A stretch of DNA of 63,742 nucleotides, the filler included, from Octopus bimaculoides (lineage: Eukaryota): the NCBI RefSeq assembly GCF_001194135.2. It is 6 parts of 6 records of this genome, joined end to end, with 100 filler letters (N's around TTAATTAATTAA, not from the genome) between each part and the next. Parts side by side here need not be neighbours in the genome. Positions count along the whole stretch, not along the records: positions 42,635 to 57,558 come from NC_069002.1; positions 57,659 to 61,485 come from NW_026392571.1; positions 61,586 to 63,742 come from NW_026346662.1; 3 more parts are not named here. One strand, written 5' to 3'. Below the pieces are notes generated by a model that searched no databases, was not told where the DNA came from, and saw only the letters and a list, made by a program, of their open reading frames with translations. Shown here in pieces: positions 51,665 through 63,742 of the stretch (positions are counted from its first letter, which is position 1; every line of letters starts with the position of its first letter). Position numbers and translations under genes: made by a program.

Positions 51665-52953
51665 NNNNNNNNNNNNNNNNNNNNNNNNNNNNNNNNNNNN
51701 NNNNNNNNNNNNNNNNNNNNNNNNNNNNNNNNNNNNNNNNNNNNNNNNNNNNNNNNNNNNNNNNNNNNNNNNNNNNNNNNNNNNNNNNNNNNNNNNNNNN
51801 NNNNNNNNNNNNNNNNNNNNNNNNNNNNNNNNNNNNNNNNNNNNNNNNNNNNNNNNNNNNNNNNNNNNNNNNNNNNNNNNNNNNNNNNNNNNNNNNNNNN
51901 NNNNNNNNNNNNNNNNNNNNNNNNNNNNNNNNNNNNNNNNNNNNNNNNNNNNNNNNNNNNNNNNNNNNNNNNNNNNNNNNNNNNNNNNNNNNNNNNNNNN
52001 NNNNNNNNNNNNNNNNNNNNNNNNNNNNNNNNNNNNNNNNNNNNNNNNNNNNNNNNNNNNNNNNNNNNNNNNNNNNNNNNNNNNNNNNNNNNNNNNNNNN
52101 NNNNNNNNNNNNNNNNNNNNNNNNNNNNNNNNNNNNNNNNNNNNNNNNNNNNNNNNNNNNNNNNNNNNNNNNNNNNNNNNNNNNNNNNNNNNNNNNNNNN
52201 NNNNNNNNNNNNNNNNNNNNNNNNNNNNNNNNNNNNNNNNNNNNNNNNNNNNNNNNNNNNNNNNNNNNNNNNNNNNNNNNNNNNNNNNNNNNNNNNNNNN
52301 NNNNNNNNNNNNNNNNNNNNNNNNNNNNNNNNNNNNNNNNNNNNNNNNNNNNNNNNNNNNNNNNNNNNNNNNNNNNNNNNNNNNNNNNNNNNNNNNNNNN
52401 NNNNNNNNNNNNNNNNNNNNNNNNNNNNNNNNNNNNNNNNNNNNNNNNNNNNNNNNNNNNNNNNNNNNNNNNNNNNNNNNNNNNNNNNNNNNNNNNNNNN
52501 NNNNNNNNNNNNNNNNNNNNNNNNNNNNNNNNNNNNNNNNNNNNNNNNNNNNNNNNNNNNNNNNNNNNNNNNNNNNNNNNNNNNNNNNNNNNNNNNNNNN
52601 NNNNNNNNNNNNNNNNNNNNNNNNNNNNNNNNNNNATATAATATATAATATATATATGTATGTATGTATATGTATGTATATGTGTGGATATCGAAAATAC
52701 GATTCCAATCTTCACTTTTGGGTTATTTGTAGCTTCTTCGAGCAACTTTGGCACATTTTTACCAATATAATAATCATGTTTTAGTACCACAACTAAATTA
52801 TTGTATAACATTTATTTATATTCTTTCCCTACGCATGTCCCGTATGTATGTATGTATGTATACACACACATACATACCTGTATAATACATATATACATAT
52901 ATATATTTATACAGACACACACACATACATGCATACATACACACATACATACA

Positions 52954-52984
<31 letters not shown>

Positions 52985-53176
52985 GCATATATACATACAC
53001 AGGAGGTGATGAATAAACTGTCCTTTAAATTACGCCAAAGTGAAAAAAACTCTGACATATCATTTTAACAGATATATTTACCAAAATTTTATAAAAATAT
53101 CTCTAAATACTAAAGAGTAAATTTATTCAATAAAATCGCCATTGTATGTATGTATGTATATACACACACATGTATG

Positions 53177-53215
<39 letters not shown>

Positions 53216-53359
53216 GTACACATATGTGTATGTATGTGCGTGTGTGTGTATGTGTGTGTGTGTGTGTAGTTCTATGTTGTGAAAACACGATGAATTCGGC
53301 AGGTTTAAATAACGTGCTCTGTGTTTTCAAGTAAACCTTCCGTCTGCTCAATACTCATA

Positions 53360-54189
53360 GCTAGTTATGTTTGAAAAGAGGACGTTTGTTTATGAGAAAA
53401 TATGAGAAAAAACAAGAAGAGAGTTGATGCACAAAATGGGACGAGGAAACAATGATTACTGAAAAAGAATGAAAAGAAATAGGTTTGCATCTTGTTAGTC
53501 CGTGCAAAACTTAATTAATCTTGTCGAAGGAGAATGATTCAACGAGGAGGATGCCAAAGTCTGCGAGTCAGCTGCTCAATCCAGAGAGGGTGGTATCCTC
53601 TTGTTTGAAAAAAGAAATTTATCCTTGTGCTTCATTTGCTAAATATTTGGGATCTGCAAGTAGTGTGATAGAATTCTTGGATCTAAAAAGAATATTCGAT
53701 CTCTCAGCTACACATAACTTGCATCTTATTGATCCATTTACATATGCTGTATATTTCTCTATAATGATCCACTTGATTGAATGTGGTACATAGTTGGTTT
53801 TCAGATTCCATACATGGCCAGCCAACGTAGTAGCTTAACTTTTGTCGGCGTAACGTAAAGAAGAATGGTAGCATGCATATCGACTTTTCAAATTGTCTTT
53901 GCATAAACCGAAGTAATTTTGCTTTTCGATTACGTTAGAACACTGATGTGACTTCAGCTTCGTGTACGACCGATTTTATCAAATACGCCTTATTTAATTA
54001 CGCCAGGAATTAGATAAGTATTTCCCTGTAAATCAGGAATACAGAAAAACTCTTAATAGACGCTCGATAAAAATTTCATACTACTCGTACTACTGTTGTC
54101 CCAACATGAAAGGCGTTATCAATCGCAAGCCACACCAGCAGCCCACTCTTAGTTGCAACTATCGAAACCCTGAAGCTTGCCCCCTCGAT
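53360..54189 (-). mobile_element. Penelope-like element 3' fragment (GIY-YIG) with inverted 5' segment
   Basis: Minus strand from 53989: AYLIKSVVHEAEVTS, NYFGLCKDNLKSRY, TTLAGHVWNLK, RCKLCVAER. Plus strand 54004-54189: ELDKYFP..LNRRSIKISY..CPNMKGVI..SCNYRNPEACPLD. Confidence 0.85.
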
Positions 54190-54536
54190 CAGGTGAATCG
54201 AACACTGTACTGCTCAAAATTTGGCTTCTTGCTAAACAAATCTTGACAACAGATACAGTCTTTTATAACGCTAAATAATAGCTTTAGAAGTATGAAAACA
54301 TTTTTATAAACAACCATCAAAGCGTCGATTAAGTCACATTTTTTTCTAGAAATTGTAAGTTTTAGAAGATCGGGTGTAATACCAAAAGCACTGAGCCAGA
54401 ATTCGAGAGGTAGGGTGTTCGATTCTCTAGTAGCTGCTGACCAATTTTGCCCTCTATAATGGAATTTTACCTGATTTTCTAAAGCTGGTTTCACAGCTAT
54501 TCTTCTACGTTAACATTGATATTATGTAAAACCGAT

Positions 54537-54760
54537 GGCGGTGAACTACCAGAATCGTAAACACGACGGGCGAAATGCTTAGCAGCATTTCGTCCATCTT
54601 TACTTTCTGAATTCGAATTCCGCCGAGGTCAGCTTTGTCTCTCATCCATTCGGAATCGATAAAATAAGTATCAGTTAAACATTGAAGTCGTTATAAGTGA
54701 CTTACCTCCTGCTCCGAATTTGGTGGTCCAGTACCAAAATTTGAAACCAATATTACGAAA
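54537..54760 (+). mobile_element. Family C SINE
   Basis: Head GGCGGTGAACTACCAGAATCG, central domain and tail type a. Confidence 0.8.
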
Positions 54761-56271
54761 AACAAAGTCTATAAATTCATAACAATTTGAAAAAAAGTCA
54801 TGGACAATAACAAAACAGGGAACTCGATAACTGCACTCCAACCACTACCATGGCGCAGTTGTTAGCGAATGAATCAAATAGGAAGTCCGCGGTGATTTTG
54901 TATAGTAGAAGTAAGAGCACATTCCCCATATCGGACACCTCGGTTGATTTCAATGAATCCGTTTGCCTGCGTTTGGACCAAGAGTATTGTAGCAGGCCTG
55001 TTGTACGATTTCGAACGTAAAATATTCAAAAGGAAGTCGATCCATCTGTAGATTTATTTTAACACAACGTTCAATTATAAGAAGAAAAAAAGAAAGAAAG
55101 AAAAGTAAAAAAAAAAAAACAACACAAAAATAATAATAGCATACTTGAATGTCGTTTGTTCCAATGTTCAGATTCTTGGCTCTGAATATTTTTTTTCCTC
55201 TTTTCATCTTCTGGAAACTTCTTTCGACATGAATTTAGAGAATGTAGGTCAGAGACTTAGAAGATCTATTGGATCTTTGCTGTACTCTTAAAATAATCTG
55301 TCAGCTCTTCCAGGCTATTTCTGTTTTATTCGGAAGTGATGATCAACAAGGATTACCATAAAAATAACATGCAAAAATATCTTCTTTATATTTTTTTTTC
55401 TCTGGGAGCCATTTTATATCAATCGCAGATTATAGTTTTTTTGTCATATGTTTTGCCCCCCTCTCTCTCTTCCCCCTCTCTCTCTCTCTCTCTTCCCCCT
55501 NNNNNNNNNNNNNNNNNNNNNNNNNNNNNNNNNNNNNNNNNNNNNNNNNNNNNNNNNNNNNNNNNNNNNNNNNNNNNNNNNNNNNNNNNNNNNNNNNNNN
55601 NNNNNNNNNNNNNNNNNNNNNNNNNNNNNNNNNNNNNNNNNNNNNNNNNNNNNNNNNNNNNNNNNNNNNNNNNNNNNNNNNNNNNNNNNNNNNNNNNNNN
55701 NNNNNNNNNNNNNNNNNNNNNNNNNNNNNNNNNNNNNNNNNNNNNNNNNNNNNNNNNNNNNNNNNNNNNNNNNNNNNNNNNNNNNNNNNNNNNNNNNNNN
55801 NNNNNNNNNNNNNNNNNNNNNNNNNNNNNNNNNNNNNNNNNNNNNNNNNNNNNNNNNNNNNNNNNNNNNNNNNNNNNNNNNNNNNNNNNNNNNNNNNNNN
55901 NNNNNNNNNNNNNNNNNNNNNNNNNNNNNNNNNNNNNNNNNNNNNNNNNNNNNNNNNNNNNNNNNNNNNNNNNNNNNNNNNNNNNNNNNNNNNNNNNNNN
56001 NNNNNNNNNNNNNNNNNNNNNNNNNNNNNNNNNNNNNNNNNNNNNNNNNNNNNNNNNNNNNNNNNNNNNNNNNNNNNNNNNNNNNNNNNNNNNNNNNNNN
56101 NNNNNNNNNNNNNNNNNNNNNNNNNNNNNNNNNNNNNNNNNNNNNNNNNNNNNNNNNNNNNNNNNNNNNNNNNCTTTATTGACCACTAAGGCTGAACACA
56201 AAACAAAAAGGGGACATTACAAAACAAAGCACGATAATGTGTACACAATAAAAAAAAAACAAGAATATCGC

Positions 56272-56497
56272 ACATTATTTACATTTGACGTATTATATCT
56301 GTCCTTATCTTTTTTGTTGTTAACACAACGTTTCGGCTGATGTACTCTCCAGCCTTTATCAGGTGTCCTAGGGGAATTTCGAACCTGGGAACTCATTCCT
56401 AAGGTATTTTTCCGATATTATTATCATTATTCAGGTCACTGCCTAGAATCGAACTCGGAATCTTGGGGTTAATAGCCCGCGCTTTTAACCACGATGT
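56272..56497 (-). mobile_element. Hammerhead-bearing tRNA-headed short element, copy 2
   Basis: Minus strand: GTGGTTAAAAGCGCGGGCTATTAACCCCAAGATTCCGAGTTCGATTCTAGG (tRNA-like), short (AAT)n, hammerhead at 56367-56322, and a 3' end homologous to copy 1. Confidence 0.78.
56322..56367 (-). ncRNA. Minimal type-I hammerhead ribozyme motif (G8 mutated to A)
   Basis: GACAC-CTGATAA-A-GGCTGG agagtaca TCAGCC-GAAA-C-GTT-GTGTT; stems I and II intact. Confidence 0.6.
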
Positions 56498-56539
56498 CAT
56501 ACAGTGTAAAGAGAGGGATTGCTCAGTGCCTAAAACATT

Positions 56540-56910
56540 GAGCAAAGAATATAAGTAGCGATCCTGATACAAACTGCGAAGAAATGATCAAGCTAAGTAA
56601 CAATCTATTAAGGAACAACTACCTCAAAACATACTATCCACTCCAATTATGAAGAGAAGAGAGGATAAAATCAATAAACAGACTACAGTCTGTCTACACT
56701 ATGTGAAAGGCCTCTCCGAAACGATACCAAAGATATGTGGACCATATGACATCAGGATAGTATTGAAGAGTGATGCAACACTTCGCAAATATCTCCTTCG
56801 AGTAAAACTACAAACAGAAGAGAATATAACCAAAAACTGTGTGTACTCCATCCCATGTAGCTGTGGTTCGTTATACAAAGGCGAAACATGCCGCCCCCTA
56901 AAAATAAAAC
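56540..56910 (+). mobile_element. Penelope-like element fragment (linker plus start of GIY-YIG)
   Basis: LHYVKGLSETIPKICGPYDIRIVLKSDATLRKYL and NCVYSIPCSCGSLYKGETCRPLK match the Penelope/Poseidon endonuclease pattern; truncated at an (AAT)n. Confidence 0.85.
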
Positions 56911-57123
56911 TACTTAATAATAATAATCATTTCTACTATAGGCACATTTAAATGTCTGTTGTATTATATGAAGATATTTCGTTACTTCTCCTACCTAAGG
57001 TTTGAGTCATACTGTAACATCACTTATCCTTCACTCGCCCCAGCGTGCTGTGTGTGTCTCGGCGAGTGATTTTCATAAATATGCAGATTAAAAGTAAATA
57101 ATAATAATAATAATAATAATTAC

Positions 57124-57157
<34 letters not shown>

Positions 57158-57658
57158 TAGTTTNNNNNNNNNNTAGTGCAATTTTCTGTATGTTATATAT
57201 ATTTGTAAGTCCTGGTAGATGATGGAAATGAAAGAGGACAATATGTCTGTGAAGAAAATTGCCAACCACAAAAAAGTAAGAAGAAAGTATGCATACGATA
57301 TTTTCGGATTACGAAAATACAAAAAAATAAAAACTTGGAAGATTTATTTGTTTACTGTCGAAATTCTGGATTTGATATTAATGTTTCAAAGTAAAAAAAA
57401 AAAAAGAGGTTTTTTTTTGCCTTTGTTTTGTCAACTCGAGTTAAAATCAAACGCCATTATTTTTTAATATTCGCGAATTTGTAGATATCTTCATCATTTA
57501 TTCTATTTTTACACTTTTAACTTGATTTTGTTTCTTTTTTGTCTTGTGTTGATGGGGTNNNNNNNNNNNNNNNNNNNNNNNNNNNNNNNNNNNNNNNNNN
57601 NNTTAATTAATTAANNNNNNNNNNNNNNNNNNNNNNNNNNNNNNNNNNNNNNNNNNNN

Positions 57659-60600
57659 ACTTGCCTCAACAGGTCTTCGCAAGCAGAGTTTAGTGTCCAT
57701 TGAAGGAAGGTACGCTTAAGTGGGCTGGCTACACCCCTAGCAGAGGCTTTGGATTTAGGCCTCATTTGGCTTGCCGGGTCTTCTCACGCACAGCATATTT
57801 CCAAAGGTTTCAGTCAGAAGTCATCTCCTCGGTGAGGCCCAATGTTCAAAGGTTGTACCTCACCACCTCATCCCAAGTCTTCCTGGGCCTACCTCTTCCA
57901 CAGGTTCCCTCAACCGCTAGGGTGTAGCATTTTTTCACACAGCTATCCTCATCCATTCTCGCTACATGACCATACCAGCACAATCGCCTCTCTTGCAAAC
58001 CACAACTGATGCTTCTTAGGTTCAACTTTTCTCTCAAGGTACTTACACTCTGTCTAGTATGCACACTGACATTACACATCCATCGGAGCATACTGGCTTC
58101 ATTCCTTGTGAGCCTACGCATGTCTTCAGCAGTCATGGCCCATGTTTCACTGCCATGAAGCATGGTTGTTCATACACATGCATCATACAGTTTGCCTTTT
58201 ACTCTGAAAGAGAGACCCTTTGTCACCAGAAGAGGTAAGAGCTCTCTAAACTTTGCCCAGGCTATTCTTATTCTAGCAGCTACACTTTCAGCGCACCCTC
58301 CCCCACTACTAACTTGGTCACCTAGATAGCAGAAGCTATGAACTACTTCTAGTTTTTCTCCCTGGAATGTGGCAGAAGCTGTTTTCTGCACATTTACAGT
58401 GTTTATAGCTCCTGAACTTCTGCCACATACAAAAACTAACTTCCTAGTTAACCTTCCTTTGATATTGCTGCACCTCTTATGTGTCCATAGCTTGTACTGG
58501 GTGCATCTTATAGAGTTTCTACCTACACCTTTTCTACAGATCGAAGGGGTTTGTGTTTTTTCTACCTTCCTACTTATTAGGACTTTAGTTTGAGACAGGT
58601 TGACTCTAAGGCCCTTTGATTCTAGTCCTTGCTTCCACACCTGAAACTTCTCCTCTAGTTCTGATAGTGACTCAGCAATTAGTGCAAGGTATCAGCATAG
58701 AGGAGCTCTCAGGGGCATCCTGTCTTGAATTCTTCTGTTATAGCCTGGAGGACTATGATAAATAGGAGGGGGCTGAGGACTGAACCTTGGTGGACCCCTA
58801 CCTCTACTCGGAATTCTTCACTGTACTCACTGCCAACCCTCACCTTACTGACAGCGTCTCTGTACATGGCTCGCACAGCTCTCACTAACCATTCTTCTAT
58901 TCCTAGTTTCCTCATTGACCACGAGATGAGGGATTGGGGGACCCTGTCAAAGGCTTTCTCCATGTCAATGAAAGCCAGGTACAGACGTTTATCCTTGGCT
59001 AGGTATTTCTCCTGAAGCTGTCTTACCAGAAATATAGCATCAGTAGTGCTTTTCCCAGGCACGAACCCAAACTGCATCTCATCTAAACTGACTCGCTCCC
59101 TAAGTAGTTGGGCTATGACCCTCTCCATGAGTTTCATTACCTGATCTAACAGTTTGATACCTCTGTAATTGTTTGTATCTAAAGCGTCACCTTTACCTTT
59201 GTAGCAGTTGACTATGATGCTGCTACACCAGTCATTGGGTATGACTCCTTCGTGTATCACCTGGTTAACAATACGGGTGACTAGGCTATAGCTGACACTG
59301 CCAGATATTTTGAGCATTTCTGCAGTGATTCCTGATGTGCCAGAGGCCTTCCCTGTGCTTCATACTCTTAATTGCTTTATCTACCATGGTACTGTCAACT
59401 CGGATAGCTGGTCCCTCTGTTGGGTCGACATTCGGCAGACTCTCTTTCTCCCATTCATTCTCTTTATTGAGCAATCTTTTGTAGTGGCGTCTCCAAACCT
59501 CTTTCTTTGCAGCCTCATTTAGTGCAAGCGTACCATCATCCATGCAAACACATTTCTCTCCCACGACATCATGATTCTCTCTCACACACTGTCTTGCAAT
59601 ACGAAATACCTCTAGTCTTTGGTCCTCACGGTGCCGAACATTGGCAAATTTTTTCTTATCTGCTTCCCCTCTGGCTAAATAAATCTGTCGACTAGCTTCC
59701 CTTCTGGCAGTCTGATACAATTCCCTGCTACCACCGTTCTTCCAGTCCTTCGAAGCCTGTTTCTTTTGTCTAATAGCCCTGTCAACAACATTGTTCCACC
59801 ACCACGTTATTTTTGGTCAAGGGGACTTTGCACCATCCACAAATCTGGTCAGTGGCCCCCAGCAAGTTGTCCCGTAGAAACGTCCAGTTGTCTTCTACAT
59901 CGTGTGAAGCTACAACCCCCTCTATTTCGTCAAAGGCTTTGAGTAACACGTCTCTAAATCTCTGTCTATTCGCAGGATCTTTGAGCTTCCAGACCCTTCT
60001 CCTCCAAGCTGGTTGTCTTCTGGGCAACCACTTAGCCTTGATCCTTAAGTCACTAACTGCTAGTCTATGTTGTGGGGTACATTCTTCGCCTGGGAAGGTT
60101 TTGGCATTTATAAGTAGCCATCTTTCCCTTTTCCTGGCGAGGATGTAGTCAATTTGGCTAGTGTGTCTGGCTGAACGGTAGGTGACTAGGTGACTCGCAG
60201 CTTTCCTGAAGTTAGTATTGCAGACCATAAGGTCATTTGCATTGCAGAACTCCAGCAGCCTGGTTCCCTCCTCATTGCGGGAACCAAAACCATAGCCTCC
60301 ATGTACGCCATAGAAGCCACCTGAATGTTGTCCAACATGACCATTGAAGTTACCAGCCACAAAGATAAGGTCCCTGTCATTCGTCGACAAGGTAGTCTGC
60401 AGTAGAGTGTCATAAAATCGGTCTTTCTGTCCGTCAGGTAGCTCGGGCTGAAGGGCATAGGCCGAGATAATGGTTGCTAACCCATGGTTCAGGACTAATC
60501 TAATCTTAAGTATTCTATCGGATACTCTAACTACCTCGATTACCTTATCAACCCATTTCTTTGCAAGAAGTATGCCCACGCCCCCAACCACGTCTGTGTT

Positions 60601-61400
60601 CCCTGCCCAGAAAATCTTGTACCTGTGTTCTTTGCCTGTGAGGAACCTAGCAGAACCGTCTCTCCACCTTACTTCTTGGAGGCAAGAGAAATCGACACAT
60701 CTCAGTTCAATCATCTCAATAATCTCACCAGATCTACCTTTCAGAGTGCCGACGTTGAGAGTGCCAACCCTGAGGGTGTGGGAGGTATGGGCCCGTGTGA
60801 CCCTGGGGCAGGGAACAGCAGCGTCATGTACCTAAAAAGAAGGCTTGCATTTTGCAGAATTCATAAACAATCAGTAGCCTTCAATTCAGCCTGCATCTAC
60901 TACACTATCGTATTTTGCACCATATGATTGCTACCTTACATAGGGGATAAACCCTAAGTGGGGGTGGGGGGAATAGCATGAAATCTTTAGAAGTGTTCAT
61001 GGGAGACAGTCAAGAACTTCCGGTACTGGTGTAGATGATAGGGACTTCCGGTACAGGTGTAGAAGATAGGAACTTCCGGCACTGGTGTTGGGGGTGGGAG
61101 GGCAGGTGCACCAAGGCCATTGCTGCAAAGGTATTTAGGTCAAGTGGGGGAAATAGGGTGTGTGTGCTAGTTTTATAGAACTGGCGATGCAAGGGGTTAA
61201 TAGAAAGAGGGAAGAGAAGGGAGATAGAGAGCGAGGGAGTGGGATCGAGAGAGACAGAGTAAAGCAGAGGGGGTTAGGCCAGAGCACGAGGGAGATAGGG
61301 AGATATTTTGGGGGGATTTCTGTCGCATAGACACAGTAAATATTGAATGGTAGAAATATTGAATTGAGAAATAAGGGTTTTCAGCCAACTAAATCTAAAA
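57659..61400 (-). mobile_element. Near-full-length RTE-clade LINE (AP endonuclease plus RT), inactivated
   Basis: APE motifs TLNVGTL, CLQEVRW, GVGILL, ISAYA, GNFNGHVG, SQIDYIL, QHRL. RT motifs NYRGIKLL, QFGFVPGKSTTDAIF, AFIDMEKAFDRVP, GVHQGSVLSPLLF, ELLYAD. Split into five ORF pieces. The 5' boundary is uncertain (coding starts near 60830) and the 3' end lies in a gap. Confidence 0.93.
61016..61085 (-). repeat. Three 28-bp tandem repeats, each containing CCGGAAGT (ETS consensus)
   Basis: ACTTCCGG at 61016, 61044 and 61072. Confidence 0.85.
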
Positions 61401-62175
61401 CAGAATTATAGAGAAAGGTGACTATGTGAGAAATATAAAACTGAAAAACTTGAATAACTGAGTGAATTTGGCGACATCGTTATGGNNNNNNNNNNNNNNN
61501 NNNNNNNNNNNNNNNNNNNNNNNNNNNNNTTAATTAATTAANNNNNNNNNNNNNNNNNNNNNNNNNNNNNNNNNNNNNNNNNNNNCTATCTATCTATCTA
61601 TCTATCTGTCTGTCTGTCTGTCTGTCTATCTACCTTTACATCTCTCTAGCAAGCTAACTATCTCTCTCTCTCTATCTTTCTTGCCACACGAATGTCTCCC
61701 CCACCTTTATTACCACATGTTTCAACGAGTTTCCCTTATGTCACTCAACTCAATGACGTAACACACCGTTTATCCCCCCCTCCCACCACCACTCCACTCC
61801 ACCCATTACCGCCCTTATCTAGATTTTGAGGAAATGATATTAATTTGCCAGAATGGGGTCAGGTGGAAGAGAACAGAGAAGTTATCGGGGGCATAAGAAG
61901 CAGGTAAATAGATTAGATGCATTGAGGCAAGAGTTTCTACCGCAACAGAGGCAGAACTAAAAGCAACTGTCTCACTATGGAGAATACGATGGCCGACATG
62001 GATGAGAAGAAGAGAGAGAGAAAACTGGGTTGTATGTTGATCTGTTTATCTATATGTCTGCGTGTGTATCTGTGTGACTGTCATTCCGTCTATTTGCCTA
62101 TTTATCTGTCTATCTATCTATCAGTTTATTTGAACCCATCTCTCTGTTCGTCTGACTGTAGGAGTGTCAGCTTGT

Positions 62176-62295
<120 letters not shown>

Positions 62296-63384
62296 NNNNN
62301 NNNNNNNNNNNNNNNNNNNNNNNNNNNNNNNNNNNNNNNNNNNNNNNNNNNNNNNNNNNNNNNNNNNNNNNNNNNNNNNNNNNNNNNNNNNNNNNNNNNN
62401 NNNNNNNNNNNNNNNNNNNNNNNNNNNNNNNNNNNNNNNNNNNNNNNNNNNNNNNNNNNNNNNNNNNNNNNNNNNNNNNNNNNNNNNNNNNNNNNNNNNN
62501 NNNNNNNNNNNNNNNNNNNNNNNNNNNNNNNNNNNNNNNNNNNNNNNNNNNNNNNNNNNNNNNNNNNNNNNNNNNNNNNNNNNNNNNNNNNNNNNNNNNN
62601 NNNNNNNNNNNNNNNNNNNNNNNNNNNNNNNNNNNNNNNNNNNNNNNNNNNNNNNNNNNNNNNNNNNNNNNNNNNNNNNNNNNNNNNNNNNNNNNNNNNN
62701 NNNNNNNNNNNNNNNNNNNNNNNNNNNNNNNNNNNNNNNNNNNNNNNNNNNNNNNNNNNNNNNNNNNNNNNNNNNNNNNNNNNNNNNNNNNNNNNNNNNN
62801 NNNNNNNNNNNNNNNNNNNNNNNNNNNNNNNNNNNNNNNNNNNNNNNNNNNNNNNNNNNNNNNNNNNNNNNNNNNNNNNNNNNNNNNNNNNNNNNNNNNN
62901 NNNNNNNNNNNNNNNNNNNNNNNNNNNNNNNNNNNNNNNNNNNNNNNNNNNNNNNNNNNNNNNNNNNNNNNNNNNNNNNNNNNNNNNNNNNNNNNNNNNN
63001 NNNNNNNNNNNNNNNNNNNNNNNNNNNNNNNNNNNNNNNNNNNNNNNNNNNNNNNNNNNNNNNNNNNNNNNNNNNNNNNNNNNNNNNNNNNNNNNNNNNN
63101 NNNNNNNNNNNNNNNNNNNNNNNNNNNNNNNNNNNNNNNNNNNNNNNNNNNNNNNNNNNNNNNNNNNNNNNNNNNNNNNNNNNNNNNNNNNNNNNNNNNN
63201 CGTGCTTGGCGATAGCCAAGGTAAGAAAGGAAGTAGGGCTGGACACATGTGACCAGCGAGGGGTAAGGAGAAAGAGTGGTAGGGGGAGAAAAAAGGGGAG
63301 GAAGTAGAAAATAGGTGAGCAACGAAAGACAGGGAGGAAGAGAGAGATATAGTAGTAACAGAAGGAAGAACGAGAGGGGGAAAA

Positions 63385-63500
63385 AGCCTGGTACTTATTC
63401 TATCGGTCTGTTTTGCTGAACCGCAACCACACGGACATTGTTTGTGAAGCGATGGTGGGAGAAGCAAACACAGATACAAGCACATACATACATACATACA

Positions 63501-63530
<30 letters not shown>
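63385..63530 (-). mobile_element. Family B SINE 3' fragment with (TACA)n
   Basis: CCTGGTACTTATTCTATCGGTCTGTTTTGCTGAACC matches the family B tail. Confidence 0.65.
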
Positions 63531-63534
<4 letters not shown>

Positions 63535-63742
63535 ATCATAAATATATAGGGATTGACAGTAACCTGCTTCTCCAACATACTGAGAATTCAGAAATAGCAG
63601 TCAAAGAACTACTGATTTCAAAACTACAAATTATTACTCTAGATTGATAGCGATATTTTTGATGCACAAAGAACAAAAAACAGTAGAGAAGAGTAAAAAA
63701 ACCACCTTTTTACTCTTCTCTACTGTTTTTTGTTCTGTGTGC

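Noticed and set aside
23286-61541. TTAATTAATTAA embedded in N runs (about 23286, 30240, 42579, 57603 and 61530)
   Set aside because: An identical palindrome with stops in all six frames, centred in similar-sized gaps. It is an assembly or scaffolding spacer, not biology.

Overview
Eukaryotic, AT-rich, microsatellite-saturated and heavily gapped (N-run) genomic DNA. The SINE families and repeat landscape point to an octopus or other cephalopod; this is an inference. There are no prokaryotic features, CRISPR arrays, rRNA genes or genuine tRNA genes. Nearly all ORFs in the supplied track are microsatellite or N-gap artefacts. Supported content: (1) three phase-compatible terminal coding exons of an unidentified minus-strand gene (40647-34647); (2) two candidate plus-strand exons (a signal peptide at 20395 and an exon at 42990) that would enclose that gene in an intron; (3) a near-full-length decayed RTE-clade LINE (57659-61400, minus strand); (4) several Penelope-like element (PLE) relics, one with a twin-priming-type inversion; (5) a deleted mariner, MITEs, a DINE-1/HINE-like element and a probable solo LTR; (6) dozens of tRNA-derived SINEs from at least four families. 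The most unusual signal is a small element that joins a tRNA-like Pol III head, an (AAT)n tract and a minimal type-I hammerhead ribozyme (two copies, 18994-19244 plus and 56272-56497 minus). Three more related hammerhead-like motifs occur elsewhere in the window. Family names were assigned from recalled motifs, not from database searches.
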